DNA of 64,000 nt from a virus (taxonomy: Duplodnaviria > Heunggongvirae > Uroviricota > Caudoviricetes), in the IMG/VR virus record IMGVR_UViG_3300012346_000380, positions 192,445 through 256,444 of that record; one strand, written 5' to 3'. A program made the translations under genes and the position numbers. The notes below the pieces were generated by a model. The model saw nothing but the letters and a program-made list of their open reading frames with translations, was not told the origin of the DNA and made no database searches. Below are positions 39,974 through 49,412 of this stretch, in pieces (positions within the stretch are counted from its first letter, which is position 1; every line of letters begins with the position of its first letter).

Positions 39974-40564
39974 ATGTATACAAGGCAACAAATAGAAAAA
40001 GCTGTAAAATCAAAAAAATATCTTTGGTTTAATTCCAACAAAGATTATGATGTGAATATTGTAGGTATTAGAACTTCTAACACTGGTAAAAAGGTGACTA
40101 ATGTCTTTGATGATTTTTTAACCATTTCATTCAGAATCGATGGAGTTTGGCAATATTTTATTTGGAATGCAACCACAGAGCCTGGTAAAAAAGGCATGTT
40201 AGAAGGTAAAGCTAAAGGCGGTGTAGCAAGACTAGTTCCTGGCCAATACAGAGCTGTTTGGGAAATAGACAAACATCAAGGTAAATATGAAGCTTTGTGC
40301 CAAAGAAAAGGAGATGTTATTGTTTATAGAGATGCAAACAAAGATTTAGTTTTTGATGAAACTAAAACAGAAACAGGTATGTTTGGTATTAATATTCACA
40401 AAGCTGGAAGAGATTCCACTTGGGTTGAAAATTGGTCTGAAGGTTGTCAAGTCTTTAAAAGAGTCAAAGACTTTGATCAATTTATGCAGATATGCAAAAT
40501 GGCTGCCAAAATTCATGGCAACCATTTTAGTTATACTTTAATAGAGTCTAAAGATATTATTTAG
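39974..40564 (+). CDS. L,D-transpeptidase-like (YkuD-fold) cell-wall enzyme
   Basis: GINIH...WSEGCQV matches H-x(~14)-S-x-G-C pattern. Confidence 0.55.
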   Translation: MYTRQQIEKAVKSKKYLWFNSNKDYDVNIVGIRTSNTGKKVTNVFDDFLTISFRIDGVWQYFIWNATTEPGKKGMLEGKAKGGVARLVPGQYRAVWEIDKHQGKYEALCQRKGDVIVYRDANKDLVFDETKTETGMFGINIHKAGRDSTWVENWSEGCQVFKRVKDFDQFMQICKMAAKIHGNHFSYTLIESKDII

Positions 40565-41075
40565 TAAAATAAAGAGCAGCTTCGGCTGTTCTTCTTTTTA
40601 AGAGACCTTCTAATTTTTGTTTTTCACCAGCCTCGTCAATAAGACCATCATTATCATCATCTTTACCATTATGTGTTCCATCAGCTTTGCACCATTTTAA
40701 AAATTCATCCTTAATAGTAGGATCATTTACGTTCTTATTTAATTTAACTAGTAATGTACTTGTTTTTAATGCATTTGATCCAGCGTTATACGCAAAACTA
40801 ACCAAAGCATCAAACTGATTTTGAGTAATCATATCTTGGCAAAAAGTATCTACGTACTTTTCAGTTACTGCAATTTCATGCAATAACATTTTAGTTGCTT
40901 TAGCTTCAGTTATAGCTTTATCTTTTAAAGTAACTTTGGTACCGTCTTCATAAAAAGTACTTCCATAGCCTATCGTTGGAATTCCAGCTGGGCATAAATA
41001 TGGTTTTAAAGAGAGTCCTTCGAAAGCTTTGATTAAGTCTAATCCTTTCTTTCCAATTTTAGTTATTTTTTTCAT
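40557..41075 (-). CDS. Lysozyme, GH24 (endolysin)
   Basis: FEGL...YLCPAGIPTIGYG, QFDALVSFAYN, GLLKRRTAE. Confidence 0.92.
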   Translation of the reverse strand: MKKITKIGKKGLDLIKAFEGLSLKPYLCPAGIPTIGYGSTFYEDGTKVTLKDKAITEAKATKMLLHEIAVTEKYVDTFCQDMITQNQFDALVSFAYNAGSNALKTSTLLVKLNKNVNDPTIKDEFLKWCKADGTHNGKDDDNDGLIDEAGEKQKLEGLLKRRTAEAALYFTK

Positions 41076-41101
41076 GATTTATATATCATGAAAATTTGAG
41101 G

Positions 41102-41258
41102 CTGTAGTGGATGGATTCGAACCACCAAGTGGAGATTCAATTGATAACATAACGCTTGCAAGCTGGTGGTCTACCCCATATTATCAATCTATTTCTTTGT
41201 CCACGCCCACGAGACAGGTGGGTGCGTATGCCGCGCAATTGCTTTTCGCCACACTACA
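41102..41258 (-). ncRNA. Expanded tRNA-Asp(GTC)-like RNA (about 157 nt)
   Basis: Acceptor TGTAGTG/CACTACA, CCCAC-CTGTCTC-GTGGG, T arm GGTGG-TTCGAAT-CCATC, about 80-nt variable arm. Confidence 0.7.
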
Positions 41259-41266
41259 GTATATAA

Positions 41267-41626
41267 TTAATCTAAAAGTCTTCTGACCTTTTCACCCAAT
41301 TCTTGATCATTAGGTGTGTCATTGATTAATCTAGCATCAATTACTACTCTATTTACATTTTCATTTGCACCAAACTTTTTAGGTGCGCTGTAATCTTCTG
41401 TCAATGTAGCTGACGTGTTGTAACATTTTGCACACATTTGACCAACGCCAACTTCATAATACATTCTAGATTCTACGTGTGTGTCTACATTAATACGAGT
41501 GTCGCATCCACACGAAATACAAGCTTCTGTTGCCATAATATTTGGTTTTTTATATCTTAATTCTTCACATCTCCAACAAGGTTCTTTATCTAACTCGTCC
41601 CATAGATGTCTATCGCACTTTGGCAT
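41267..41626 (-). CDS. Cys-rich hypothetical protein
   Basis: CxxC pairs. Confidence 0.55.
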   Translation of the reverse strand: MPKCDRHLWDELDKEPCWRCEELRYKKPNIMATEACISCGCDTRINVDTHVESRMYYEVGVGQMCAKCYNTSATLTEDYSAPKKFGANENVNRVVIDARLINDTPNDQELGEKVRRLLD

Positions 41627-41631
41627 TAAAT

Positions 41632-42390
41632 TTATACTTTATTTTTAAGTGATTCGTTTTCTAATGTTGGTTCTAAAACATCTTTTTCAAAGTAAGAAAG
41701 TTCCATAACTAAAGTGTTGATTCTTTCTTTCATTTTCTTAAACTCTTTGACAAAACCCATAGCTAATTCTATATTAGCAACTTTTAAATTGACTGCGAAA
41801 TCTCCACCTCTGTAAAATTGGTTTGCGTATGAAGAGTAATTATACTTAATACCAATTGGTTCGTCTTTGTATGTTTTAGCATGCATCTCAAAGCCATGCG
41901 AATTGTTTAAGCCTGACATACAAGGGTACTCTGGCTTACCTGAAATTCCTGCCATAAAGTGAATATAGTTTTTAACTTTAGTGTCTAGAACGTGTAAACC
42001 TAAGTCGCAGGAAGAGTGCGGAGTATCTTTGAAAGCCAATGATTGTAATAAGTTAGCTCTTTGTAAAATGCTACCTGAAAATCTACCAGCTATTACTGCA
42101 ATATCTCCAGAATTTACAACTATTAAATCTTTATCTAGCATAAATGGATTGCTAAAGTCTTCTAAGACCATAACTTCTGGCATCATTGCGATAACTGTGG
42201 TTTCTTCATTATCAACTAAAGTCGTGATAAAATTCTCATAGAAAATCCAATTACCTGTTTTGTCAACTTCTGTTTCTATGATTTCATGCTCAATGCCATG
42301 TTTTTTAGCCCAAACTGCTTGAGATGTTATGCAATCTTTGAAAATATGCAAGTCTTGTTCAGATCCTACTGTTATTAATTTGCTTTTCAT
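41632..42390 (-). CDS. Hypothetical protein, possibly GT-like
   Basis: SQAVWAKKHGIE motif recalls GT-A galactosyltransferases; weak. Confidence 0.4.
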   Translation of the reverse strand: MKSKLITVGSEQDLHIFKDCITSQAVWAKKHGIEHEIIETEVDKTGNWIFYENFITTLVDNEETTVIAMMPEVMVLEDFSNPFMLDKDLIVVNSGDIAVIAGRFSGSILQRANLLQSLAFKDTPHSSCDLGLHVLDTKVKNYIHFMAGISGKPEYPCMSGLNNSHGFEMHAKTYKDEPIGIKYNYSSYANQFYRGGDFAVNLKVANIELAMGFVKEFKKMKERINTLVMELSYFEKDVLEPTLENESLKNKV

Positions 42391-42393
42391 ATA

Positions 42394-43359
42394 TTAAATT
42401 TTATATCCTAATTCTTCTTGTAAATCTTGTTCTTTGTATTTTAAAAAATCTAATAGATTTTGTCTAATTATCCATGCTTTAGGTCCACTGTTTTGTAAAG
42501 CACTTAATAAATTATAAAAAACTTTGATTTTTAAAGATTGACCTTCTGGTCTAGAATACTCTACCTTTTCACCCCATAAGTGAAACCAAGTTAAAGTTTC
42601 TCTTTGTCCTAATTCACCGTGAGTATATTCTTCACCTGTTTCCCATGATCTCCATCTTAAAGTATCTCCCATGTAAGTATATGGAAATAATTGACGCTTT
42701 TTGTAATTACCATTATCTACAACAGCTGAAAGTAATCTTTGCTCAACAAACAATGGCTTCCAAAATATTCTAAGTCCTTCTGGAGCCCATTTAACAGGAG
42801 CTGGTTTCTTAGAATTTTTAGTCATGAAATCCATAGCCAATGCACAGTATTCATCTCTAAGTTTACGATCATTGATAACAAACAAACCAACATTAATCGG
42901 TTGACACGTTTCTAATGATTCCATTTTAGGAAACTCGTAACCATCTCGTTTGCTTAAGAAATCTAAAGGTGGATAGTTTTTGTGAAAGCGACCTTCGTCA
43001 TGTAAATAAATAATGCTTTCATCCTTGATTTCAATCTTTTCTCTATAAATTAAATCGTTGTCGATAAATGCAACTGGAAATTCTTCAATAGAATTCAAGA
43101 CTTTCATTTTACTAGCTGCACCAAAATGTGGCCAATAGATGTCGTCTTTTTGTTCTAGAACTTCAGTATTAATATTATCGTAAAGTTGATCCATACCTAA
43201 AGCTTCAAAAAACTTTAAGTCTTTTTTGGTAGTGTATAAGTGAATTGGACCATTATGTTTTTTCCATTCAAGAGCAGAAAGTGTTTGAATCATCAAAACA
43301 TGTTCTGAATAACTTGAGGACGAAACTGATTTAAAAACGTGTATGCCTGTTAAATTCAT
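42394..43359 (-). CDS. GT-A-like glycosyltransferase candidate
   Basis: IHLYT, FIDND (DxD), INVGLF, EQRLL, HLWG. Confidence 0.55.
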   Translation of the reverse strand: MNLTGIHVFKSVSSSSYSEHVLMIQTLSALEWKKHNGPIHLYTTKKDLKFFEALGMDQLYDNINTEVLEQKDDIYWPHFGAASKMKVLNSIEEFPVAFIDNDLIYREKIEIKDESIIYLHDEGRFHKNYPPLDFLSKRDGYEFPKMESLETCQPINVGLFVINDRKLRDEYCALAMDFMTKNSKKPAPVKWAPEGLRIFWKPLFVEQRLLSAVVDNGNYKKRQLFPYTYMGDTLRWRSWETGEEYTHGELGQRETLTWFHLWGEKVEYSRPEGQSLKIKVFYNLLSALQNSGPKAWIIRQNLLDFLKYKEQDLQEELGYKI

Positions 43360-43409
43360 GTATCTTTAAGTTTAGGTGTTATATCTATCCTTTTAAAAAA
43401 GTTTACAAT

Positions 43410-43437
43410 AAAAAAGCCAATCTTTCGATTGGCTTTT
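43410..43437 (-). terminator. Intrinsic terminator
   Basis: AAAGCCAATC-GAAA-GATTGGCTTTTT. Confidence 0.8.
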
Positions 43438-43458
43438 AAATTTAATAATAATTAAATA

Positions 43459-44145
43459 TTATTGTATTGGTTTCTTGTTGTGCGTAATAATATTATTAGC
43501 AATGAATAAGTCAATTGTTTCTACGTCAATTAAATAAACGTTAACACTATGATCATCTTCCATACGCTCGTTTTCTACACTTGTAATTACAACCTCATTA
43601 AGTTGGCTATCTAATACAATATCTCCAACTAAAAGTTCAGATGATTGAACAAACATATAAATAGCTTCCCTTTTAACTAAGTGAATGTGTTCAGCTGTTG
43701 CTTTAAGCAATCCTTTGTTAATGTTGTAAATTGCAAATGCTTCTATTTTAGTTGCATTAACTACAATAGTGTCTGTTGTTGTAATACTTGGATTTTCAGA
43801 CGTCCATGCAAAATGCACAGTTTCATCTAAAGGTAAACCTTCAATACTAATACCCTTCAATGCATCTCCAACTATTAAATCTTCAATTTTTTTAGTTGTG
43901 CCATCTGCCATTGAAATTAAAGTTCCTTCTAATAAACAAGAAGCTTGTGTTTGGTTAGCAAAAGCTGTTCCTCTGAACTCACTCATAGAGTCTGGTGTTG
44001 ATGTCATACTTGCTGGATAATATCCGTATGGATTTGATCCACTCATTCTTCTAGATGAATTCCATAAAGATACTCCAGATAAAGCTACCTGTGTCTCCGT
44101 TGCTATTTGTCCCATGGAGATTGAACCTCCTGATGATAGTGCCAT
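43459..44145 (-). CDS. Virion-associated protein with C-terminal Hint domain
   Basis: CLLEGTLISMADG...IEDLIVGD...TAEH...IITHN. Confidence 0.8.
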   Translation of the reverse strand: MALSSGGSISMGQIATETQVALSGVSLWNSSRRMSGSNPYGYYPASMTSTPDSMSEFRGTAFANQTQASCLLEGTLISMADGTTKKIEDLIVGDALKGISIEGLPLDETVHFAWTSENPSITTTDTIVVNATKIEAFAIYNINKGLLKATAEHIHLVKREAIYMFVQSSELLVGDIVLDSQLNEVVITSVENERMEDDHSVNVYLIDVETIDLFIANNIITHNKKPIQ

Positions 44146-44178
44146 ATTTTAATTTATTTTTTTTATACTTTATATATC

Positions 44179-44445
44179 TTACAAATTTTGTTCTAGGAAG
44201 CTTTTCATAGAAAAAATTCTATTATTAAATTCAGCTTCTGTAATGTTAACATATTCTGTTGGATTCGAGCTAATTTGAGTGTTCATTTGAATAATATTTG
44301 AATTCGCTAATTCGTTGTACATTACCGCACACATATTAGCTGAGCCTTCGTGATCTGGATCTGTAACTACTTTAAACGTGTCGGTTTCTGAGTCAAACGC
44401 ATAAAATGCGTTATCGTAATTTCTTTTGTAAAATTGATATGCCAT
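44179..44445 (-). CDS. Hypothetical protein (tail region)
   Basis: ORF track. Confidence 0.55.
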   Translation of the reverse strand: MAYQFYKRNYDNAFYAFDSETDTFKVVTDPDHEGSANMCAVMYNELANSNIIQMNTQISSNPTEYVNITEAEFNNRIFSMKSFLEQNL

Positions 44446-44455
44446 GATTTTAAAT

Positions 44456-44950
44456 TTATGTTAGAATTTGTCTGTGTAAATTATATCGTGTTTTAGCTTG
44501 ATATTGATCAAAACTAGTAGAATATACATAATCTCCTGTTTGATCTGGAGATACGTTTGTGATTTGTAATTCTGCTAAATATGCGCCTGCTCCATAATAT
44601 GTGTATGTTACATTAAATATCGTAGAAGCGTCAGAACCTTGTGGTATAATACGATTTCCCGGTAATAAAACTGTTTCCCAATAAATACCATTAAATGCAT
44701 AAGTTTGTACAGCAGCATATATGATAGTATCAGCGTAATTTCTATAAGGATGCGATGAACTTATACGAATAGCACATTTTGCTGTACCATTAAAATTATC
44801 TATATCAACTTCTCCGACTACTAATAATAAACCATTCCATAAACTGTTTTTAACTGTGTTTATGTCTTCATTAGGGTCTGCTGGAGCTCCGGTTTCTGCC
44901 CAAATTTGACCTATCGAAATAGAACCTCCAGATGATGATGGTAATGCCAT
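44456..44950 (-). CDS. Fibre-associated protein
   Basis: MALPSSSGGSISIGQI N-terminus, paralogous to 43459-44145. Confidence 0.6.
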   Translation of the reverse strand: MALPSSSGGSISIGQIWAETGAPADPNEDINTVKNSLWNGLLLVVGEVDIDNFNGTAKCAIRISSSHPYRNYADTIIYAAVQTYAFNGIYWETVLLPGNRIIPQGSDASTIFNVTYTYYGAGAYLAELQITNVSPDQTGDYVYSTSFDQYQAKTRYNLHRQILT

Positions 44951-44999
44951 TGATTATTTATTTTTTAATAGACTTTATACTTCTTATATATTTATATTA

Positions 45000-46592
45000 T
45001 TATTTGTTTTCTAATAATGCAAATATAGCTGCTTTAAGTTCGTCTATTTCTTTTTGTTGTTCTTTCATTGCTTCTACTAAAACAGCCACCATATTTTGGT
45101 ATTTAACTGATTTATAACCCGCTTCGTCAGTAGAAACTAATTCTGGAATACTTTCTTCTAATTCTTGTGCAATAAAACCAATATTGTCTTTTGTGCATGT
45201 GTCGATTCTATCATAAATAACACCTTTAGAATTTAATATTTTATCTAATGGGTTTTTAATAGATCTTATGTTTTCTTTTACTCTAGCATCCGAAAAGGCA
45301 GTAACATCACCAGAAGAATAAACTTCACCAAATGATACTTTACCTCCGGTTGAAGACCAAACGTCATTATATGCTGAAGAACTAGGAGAAACTGTATCAC
45401 CATATAAAGAATAAGAGCTTGTTCTTAAAGTTGGTGAAATTGCATGTGATGAATATAAAAAGTAATTTCCGCCACCTCTAACCCATACTACTTCTTCAGA
45501 AGAATTATGCATTTGTCTAATACCACCAATAGGCGACATACCTGATACGAATCTATAGTTATATGAATCTATTAATCTTACGGTGTCATTTGTACCCCAA
45601 CCATTACCATTGGCATACCATATTAATTTAACTGAAAATCCAGACGGGTGTGTTGACCATGAAGGCGCATTTGAATTTAAAGCAACTCTGATTGATAATT
45701 TATATAAAGTATTAGTTCCTAAACCTATGGTGATTGGATAATATGTGTTTGGATCTAAACCTGCTGTATTAATAGTATATCCGTATTCTATATCTCCATT
45801 TGCACCGGCTGCTCCATTAACTCCCGATGAACCACTCGAACCTGAAGTTCCATTAACACCAGATGAACCGCTTGAGCCTGAAGTTCCATTAACACCAGAT
45901 GAACCGCTTGAACCTGAAGTTCCTGAAACGCCTGAAGTTCCACTACTACCAGATGAACCTGAAGTTCCTGAAACGCCTGAAGTTCCACTACTACCAGATG
46001 AACCTGAAGTTCCTGAAACGCCTGAAGTTCCACTACTACCAGATGAACCTGAAGTTCCTGAAACGCCTGAAGTTCCACTACTACCAGATGAACCTGAAGT
46101 TCCATTGATTCCTGAAGTTCCACTTGAACCATTAGTTCCTGAAGTTCCACTTGAACCATTAGTTCCTGAAGTTCCACTTGAACCATTAGTTCCACTTGAA
46201 CCATTAGTTCCAGAAGTTCCATTAGTTCCTGAAGTTCCACTTGAACCATTAGTTCCAGAAGTTCCATTGATTCCTGAAGTTCCACTTGAACCATTAGTTC
46301 CATTTATACCAGAAGTTCCACTGATTCCGCTTGAACCAGAAGTTCCATTGATTCCTGAAGTTCCATTAGTTCCAGAAGTTCCAGAAGTTCCATTTGATCC
46401 TAATATACCATCAACTCCACTTGAACCTGAAGTTCCTGCTGTTCCACTTAAACCAGAAGTTCCTGCTGTTCCACTTGAGCCAGATGTATTTGTTGCATTT
46501 ATAGAATTAACTGATTCTATAGCTGTTATTTTGTTATTAATAGCTAATAAACGACCTTCGAGATCTTTAATTTGATTAATGTTTGCCTTCAT
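45000..46592 (-). CDS. Tail fibre with G-X-S/T collagen-like repeats and C-terminal S74 autocleaving chaperone
   Basis: GTSGSS repeats; TAFSDARVKENI...GFIAQELE...PELV...LVEAMKE; start likely MKANI. Confidence 0.85.
   Translation of the reverse strand: MKANINQIKDLEGRLLAINNKITAIESVNSINATNTSGSSGTAGTSGLSGTAGTSGSSGVDGILGSNGTSGTSGTNGTSGINGTSGSSGISGTSGINGTNGSSGTSGINGTSGTNGSSGTSGTNGTSGTNGSSGTNGSSGTSGTNGSSGTSGTNGSSGTSGINGTSGSSGSSGTSGVSGTSGSSGSSGTSGVSGTSGSSGSSGTSGVSGTSGSSGSSGTSGVSGTSGSSGSSGVNGTSGSSGSSGVNGTSGSSGSSGVNGAAGANGDIEYGYTINTAGLDPNTYYPITIGLGTNTLYKLSIRVALNSNAPSWSTHPSGFSVKLIWYANGNGWGTNDTVRLIDSYNYRFVSGMSPIGGIRQMHNSSEEVVWVRGGGNYFLYSSHAISPTLRTSSYSLYGDTVSPSSSAYNDVWSSTGGKVSFGEVYSSGDVTAFSDARVKENIRSIKNPLDKILNSKGVIYDRIDTCTKDNIGFIAQELEESIPELVSTDEAGYKSVKYQNMVAVLVEAMKEQQKEIDELKAAIFALLENK
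45913..46092. repeat. Four perfect 45-bp tandem repeats
   Basis: cctgaagttcctgaaacgcctgaagttccactactaccagatgaa x4. Confidence 0.9.
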
Positions 46593-46791
46593 GCTTATTT
46601 CACAATATTGTTTGTCTATATATTCATTTTTTAAAGTCTTAATTTTAGATTGTAATGATTTAATAAAATATAACAATTTTTAAACAACTTTCAAAAACAG
46701 TAGAACCTGATAAACAACTTGTTGTACTTTTTTGATAAATGACTAAACAAACTAGTGATTTTCAATTATATAGTATATAAATAATTTTAAA

Positions 46792-47082
46792 ATGAAAAAC
46801 AATATCAAACACATCGCCTTTTTTATCGGATTATCTTCAATTGCATTTTTAGTTTTGTCTTCTGGCAAAAAATGCGAAGAAGTTAAAATTGTCACAATTA
46901 ATAAACCTCAAATCGTTGAAACTATTGACATCAAATCAAATTCTATTCAACGCAAAAAAGCCTCTAAATTAAATTCAGAGGCTTCTATTTCTAATCAAAA
47001 AGTTTATACAATGTCAATGTTTACTAATGAAGACATTGATTCTATTGCAAATGAAGTAATTCAATTACCCGAAGAAGATTAA
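46792..47082 (+). CDS. Membrane-anchored hypothetical protein
   Basis: N-terminal TM; TATAAATA upstream. Confidence 0.55.
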   Translation: MKNNIKHIAFFIGLSSIAFLVLSSGKKCEEVKIVTINKPQIVETIDIKSNSIQRKKASKLNSEASISNQKVYTMSMFTNEDIDSIANEVIQLPEED

Positions 47083-48167
47083 ATCTTCGGGTTTTTAACG
47101 TCTTCGATCCATTCTGGAGTAATTGACAATAGAGTTTCTACAAAAAGATCAATACACGCTTTAACATCATCTTTGTGTGCCATTTCTACAGTCGTGTGCA
47201 TGTATTTTAAAGGCGTAGCTAAGATAGCTGTTGGTGTATTTTCTAAAAAGAATGACATTGTATCATTTCCATAAGATCCAACCGTATGTTGAATTTTAAT
47301 ATCATTAGCTTTAGCTATTTCTTTAAATTTGTTTAAAATCTTTCTGTGATTTTGTGCAGTGTATTCAACACATGGACCATCTCCACCTTTAGTATCGCAA
47401 TCTTTAGCCTTGTTCATATTAGGATGTGAAGTGTTATGACAAACATCATGTACTAAAGCAATATCTGCTTGTAGTTTTTTAGCGATCATTCTAGCTCCAT
47501 ATAAACCAACTTCTTCTTGAACCGAGTTAACTATATATAAATCATAAGGTAGTTTAATGTCAGCCTCTGTAATAACTCTAAGCGCTTCGGCTATGATGTA
47601 ACCACCAATCTTATTGTCTAATGATCTTCCAACGTAATAGTCTCCAAGCTCACTAAATTGATCATCAAACGTTGCGATGCACCCAACTTCAACTCCAAGA
47701 TCTCTAACCTTTTCAGCTGAATCTACACCTAAATCTAACCAAAGTTCATGTTGTTCTGGTCCCATTTCTGTGTATTTGTCTCTAACGTGAACCGCTGGAG
47801 AACCAAAAAGAGCTCTAACTTTTGTATTGTCGTGAGTGTGAATTAAAACCGTTTTAGAAGCTGCGATCATATTATCAGATCCACCGTGTCTTTTAACTCT
47901 GACATAGCCATCTGATTCAATATGCGTAATCATCCACGCAATTTCGTCACAGTGAGCTTCGATAACTACTTTATAAGGCTCGCCTAATCTAGATGAAAGA
48001 TCTGGTTGTACGCCATTACGAAGAGCATAAGCTGTACCATAAGCATCTAATTTGACATCATTGGTAAATTGTTTAATGTAATCTGTCCAGATTTTTTGAC
48101 CTTGGGTTTCTTGGCCAACTGGTGCATACGCATTTAAGTATGCGTGCAAGAATTCTTTGTTTTGCAT
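47079..48167 (-). CDS. M42 family aminopeptidase
   Basis: AHCDEI, LDNKIG, QEEVGL, YMHT. Confidence 0.9.
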   Translation of the reverse strand: MQNKEFLHAYLNAYAPVGQETQGQKIWTDYIKQFTNDVKLDAYGTAYALRNGVQPDLSSRLGEPYKVVIEAHCDEIAWMITHIESDGYVRVKRHGGSDNMIAASKTVLIHTHDNTKVRALFGSPAVHVRDKYTEMGPEQHELWLDLGVDSAEKVRDLGVEVGCIATFDDQFSELGDYYVGRSLDNKIGGYIIAEALRVITEADIKLPYDLYIVNSVQEEVGLYGARMIAKKLQADIALVHDVCHNTSHPNMNKAKDCDTKGGDGPCVEYTAQNHRKILNKFKEIAKANDIKIQHTVGSYGNDTMSFFLENTPTAILATPLKYMHTTVEMAHKDDVKACIDLFVETLLSITPEWIEDVKNPKI

Positions 48168-48184
48168 ATTGGTAAAAAGTTTAG

Positions 48185-48258
48185 TAGTGACACCTGGACT
48201 CGAACCAGGGGCCTTCTCGGTATCAGCGAGATGCTCTAACCAACTGAGCTATGCCACT
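48185..48258 (-). tRNA. tRNA-Ile(GAT)
   Basis: Cloverleaf; CT GAT AC. Confidence 0.9.
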
Positions 48259-48418
48259 ATTTGGAAGGTCACCGATAGCACCTTCCTTGGTAGTTTTAGG
48301 AATAATTGACATTCCAAGGTTTCGAATTCTTTTATGTCTTGTTCTAAAAGACTCAACAACTGTTTCATTGTCGCCGCACCGGACTACTGCTACCTTAAGG
48401 CGAATCGGTTTTAAGCTG

Positions 48419-48490
48419 CTGAGATGGTAGGATTCGAACCTACGACCAATTGATTAACAGTCAACTGCGCTACCGCTGCGCTACATCTCA
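48419..48490 (-). tRNA. tRNA-Asn(GTT)
   Basis: Cloverleaf; CT GTT AA. Confidence 0.92.
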
Positions 48491-48495
48491 ATTTA

Positions 48496-49032
48496 TTAAT
48501 AAAGAATATCTATAACTTCTGATCTTAGATCTGTTTGTTTAGCAAAAGCTTCTGTTTCCCACGGTCTAACATCATAAGCTGGTAATTCTTTAACTTGATA
48601 AACTTTTTTATCAAACGTCAGTTGGTTATTAGTACGATCGATTATTAAATTGCCTGAACTATATTGCTGTAGATGTATTAGTTCATGCGAAATAATTTCT
48701 AAAGCATAATTTCTATCAACTTCTTTAATAAAAATAATGTAACCATTTTCAATACACACTATATGTGCTTTTAATTCTAAATCTTGTGTTGATTGAACTT
48801 CTAAAGGTAATATTAAAACTGAAGTCTTGTCGATTTTTAAAGCATGTAAACCTGCTAAAACTAAAGTATCTAAGTACTTCATGTTTGTTTTATTCTTAAC
48901 AAAATTAGATTCAGTAAAAGTAACTTTGTTAAAGGGTTTGTCTTCGTTAGCTTTATTTATTAACCAGATAGTTAAAGCCAATGCCAACATTGATATTAAT
49001 ATTATCAATGTTGCTTTCAGTTTTTTGTTCAT
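48496..49032 (-). CDS. Membrane-anchored zincin-like metallopeptidase
   Basis: HELIH (HExxH)...PWETEA; N-terminal TM. Confidence 0.7.
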   Translation of the reverse strand: MNKKLKATLIILISMLALALTIWLINKANEDKPFNKVTFTESNFVKNKTNMKYLDTLVLAGLHALKIDKTSVLILPLEVQSTQDLELKAHIVCIENGYIIFIKEVDRNYALEIISHELIHLQQYSSGNLIIDRTNNQLTFDKKVYQVKELPAYDVRPWETEAFAKQTDLRSEVIDILY

Positions 49033-49059
49033 TTAGAATACAAGAATTAAAAATTAAAG

Positions 49060-49134
49060 TGGCGGTCCCACGGAGAATCGAACTCCGAACTCAGCCGTGA
49101 CAGGGCTGCATTATAGCCGTTTAACTATGAGACC
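49060..49134 (-). tRNA. tRNA-Asp(GTC)
   Basis: Cloverleaf with encoded CCA. Confidence 0.92.
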
Positions 49135-49135
49135 A

Positions 49136-49210
49136 TGGTAGTCCGCCGGGGAATCGAACCCCGCTTACCAGGATGAAAACCTGGCGTCCTAACCGATAGA
49201 CGAGCGGACC
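49136..49210 (-). tRNA. tRNA-Glu(TTC)
   Basis: Cloverleaf with encoded CCA. Confidence 0.92.
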
Positions 49211-49219
49211 AAAATTTAG

Positions 49220-49294
49220 TTGCGAGAGAGGGATTCGAACCCCCGACCTCCAGGTTATGAGCCTGGCGAGCTGACCTACTGCTACTATCTCGCT
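49220..49294 (-). tRNA. tRNA-Met(CAT), initiator-like
   Basis: CT CAT AA; unpaired 1:72. Confidence 0.85.
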
Positions 49295-49337
49295 ATATGT
49301 TTCTTATATATCAACCTAATAAAAGGTTTCAATTTAG

Positions 49338-49408
49338 TTACCCGAGCAGGATTCGAACCTACACGAACAGAATCAAAATCTGTGATGCTACCTTTACATC
49401 ATCGGGCA
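49338..49408 (-). tRNA. tRNA-Gln(TTG)
   Basis: Cloverleaf; TT TTG AT. Confidence 0.9.
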
Positions 49409-49412
49409 ATTG

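Noticed and set aside
43459-44145. True splicing intein
   Set aside because: +1 residue is Lys, the C-extein is only 5 aa and there is no endonuclease domain; treated as a cleavage-type Hint
45913-46092. Possible CRISPR array
   Set aside because: Contiguous in-frame coding repeats with no spacers; no cas genes (the Cas4-like exonuclease is a common stand-alone phage gene)
45745-46575. 276-aa Pro/Glu-rich + strand ORF and alternative-frame ORFs 45788-46303 and 45899-46108
   Set aside because: Shadows of the stop-free repetitive fibre tract
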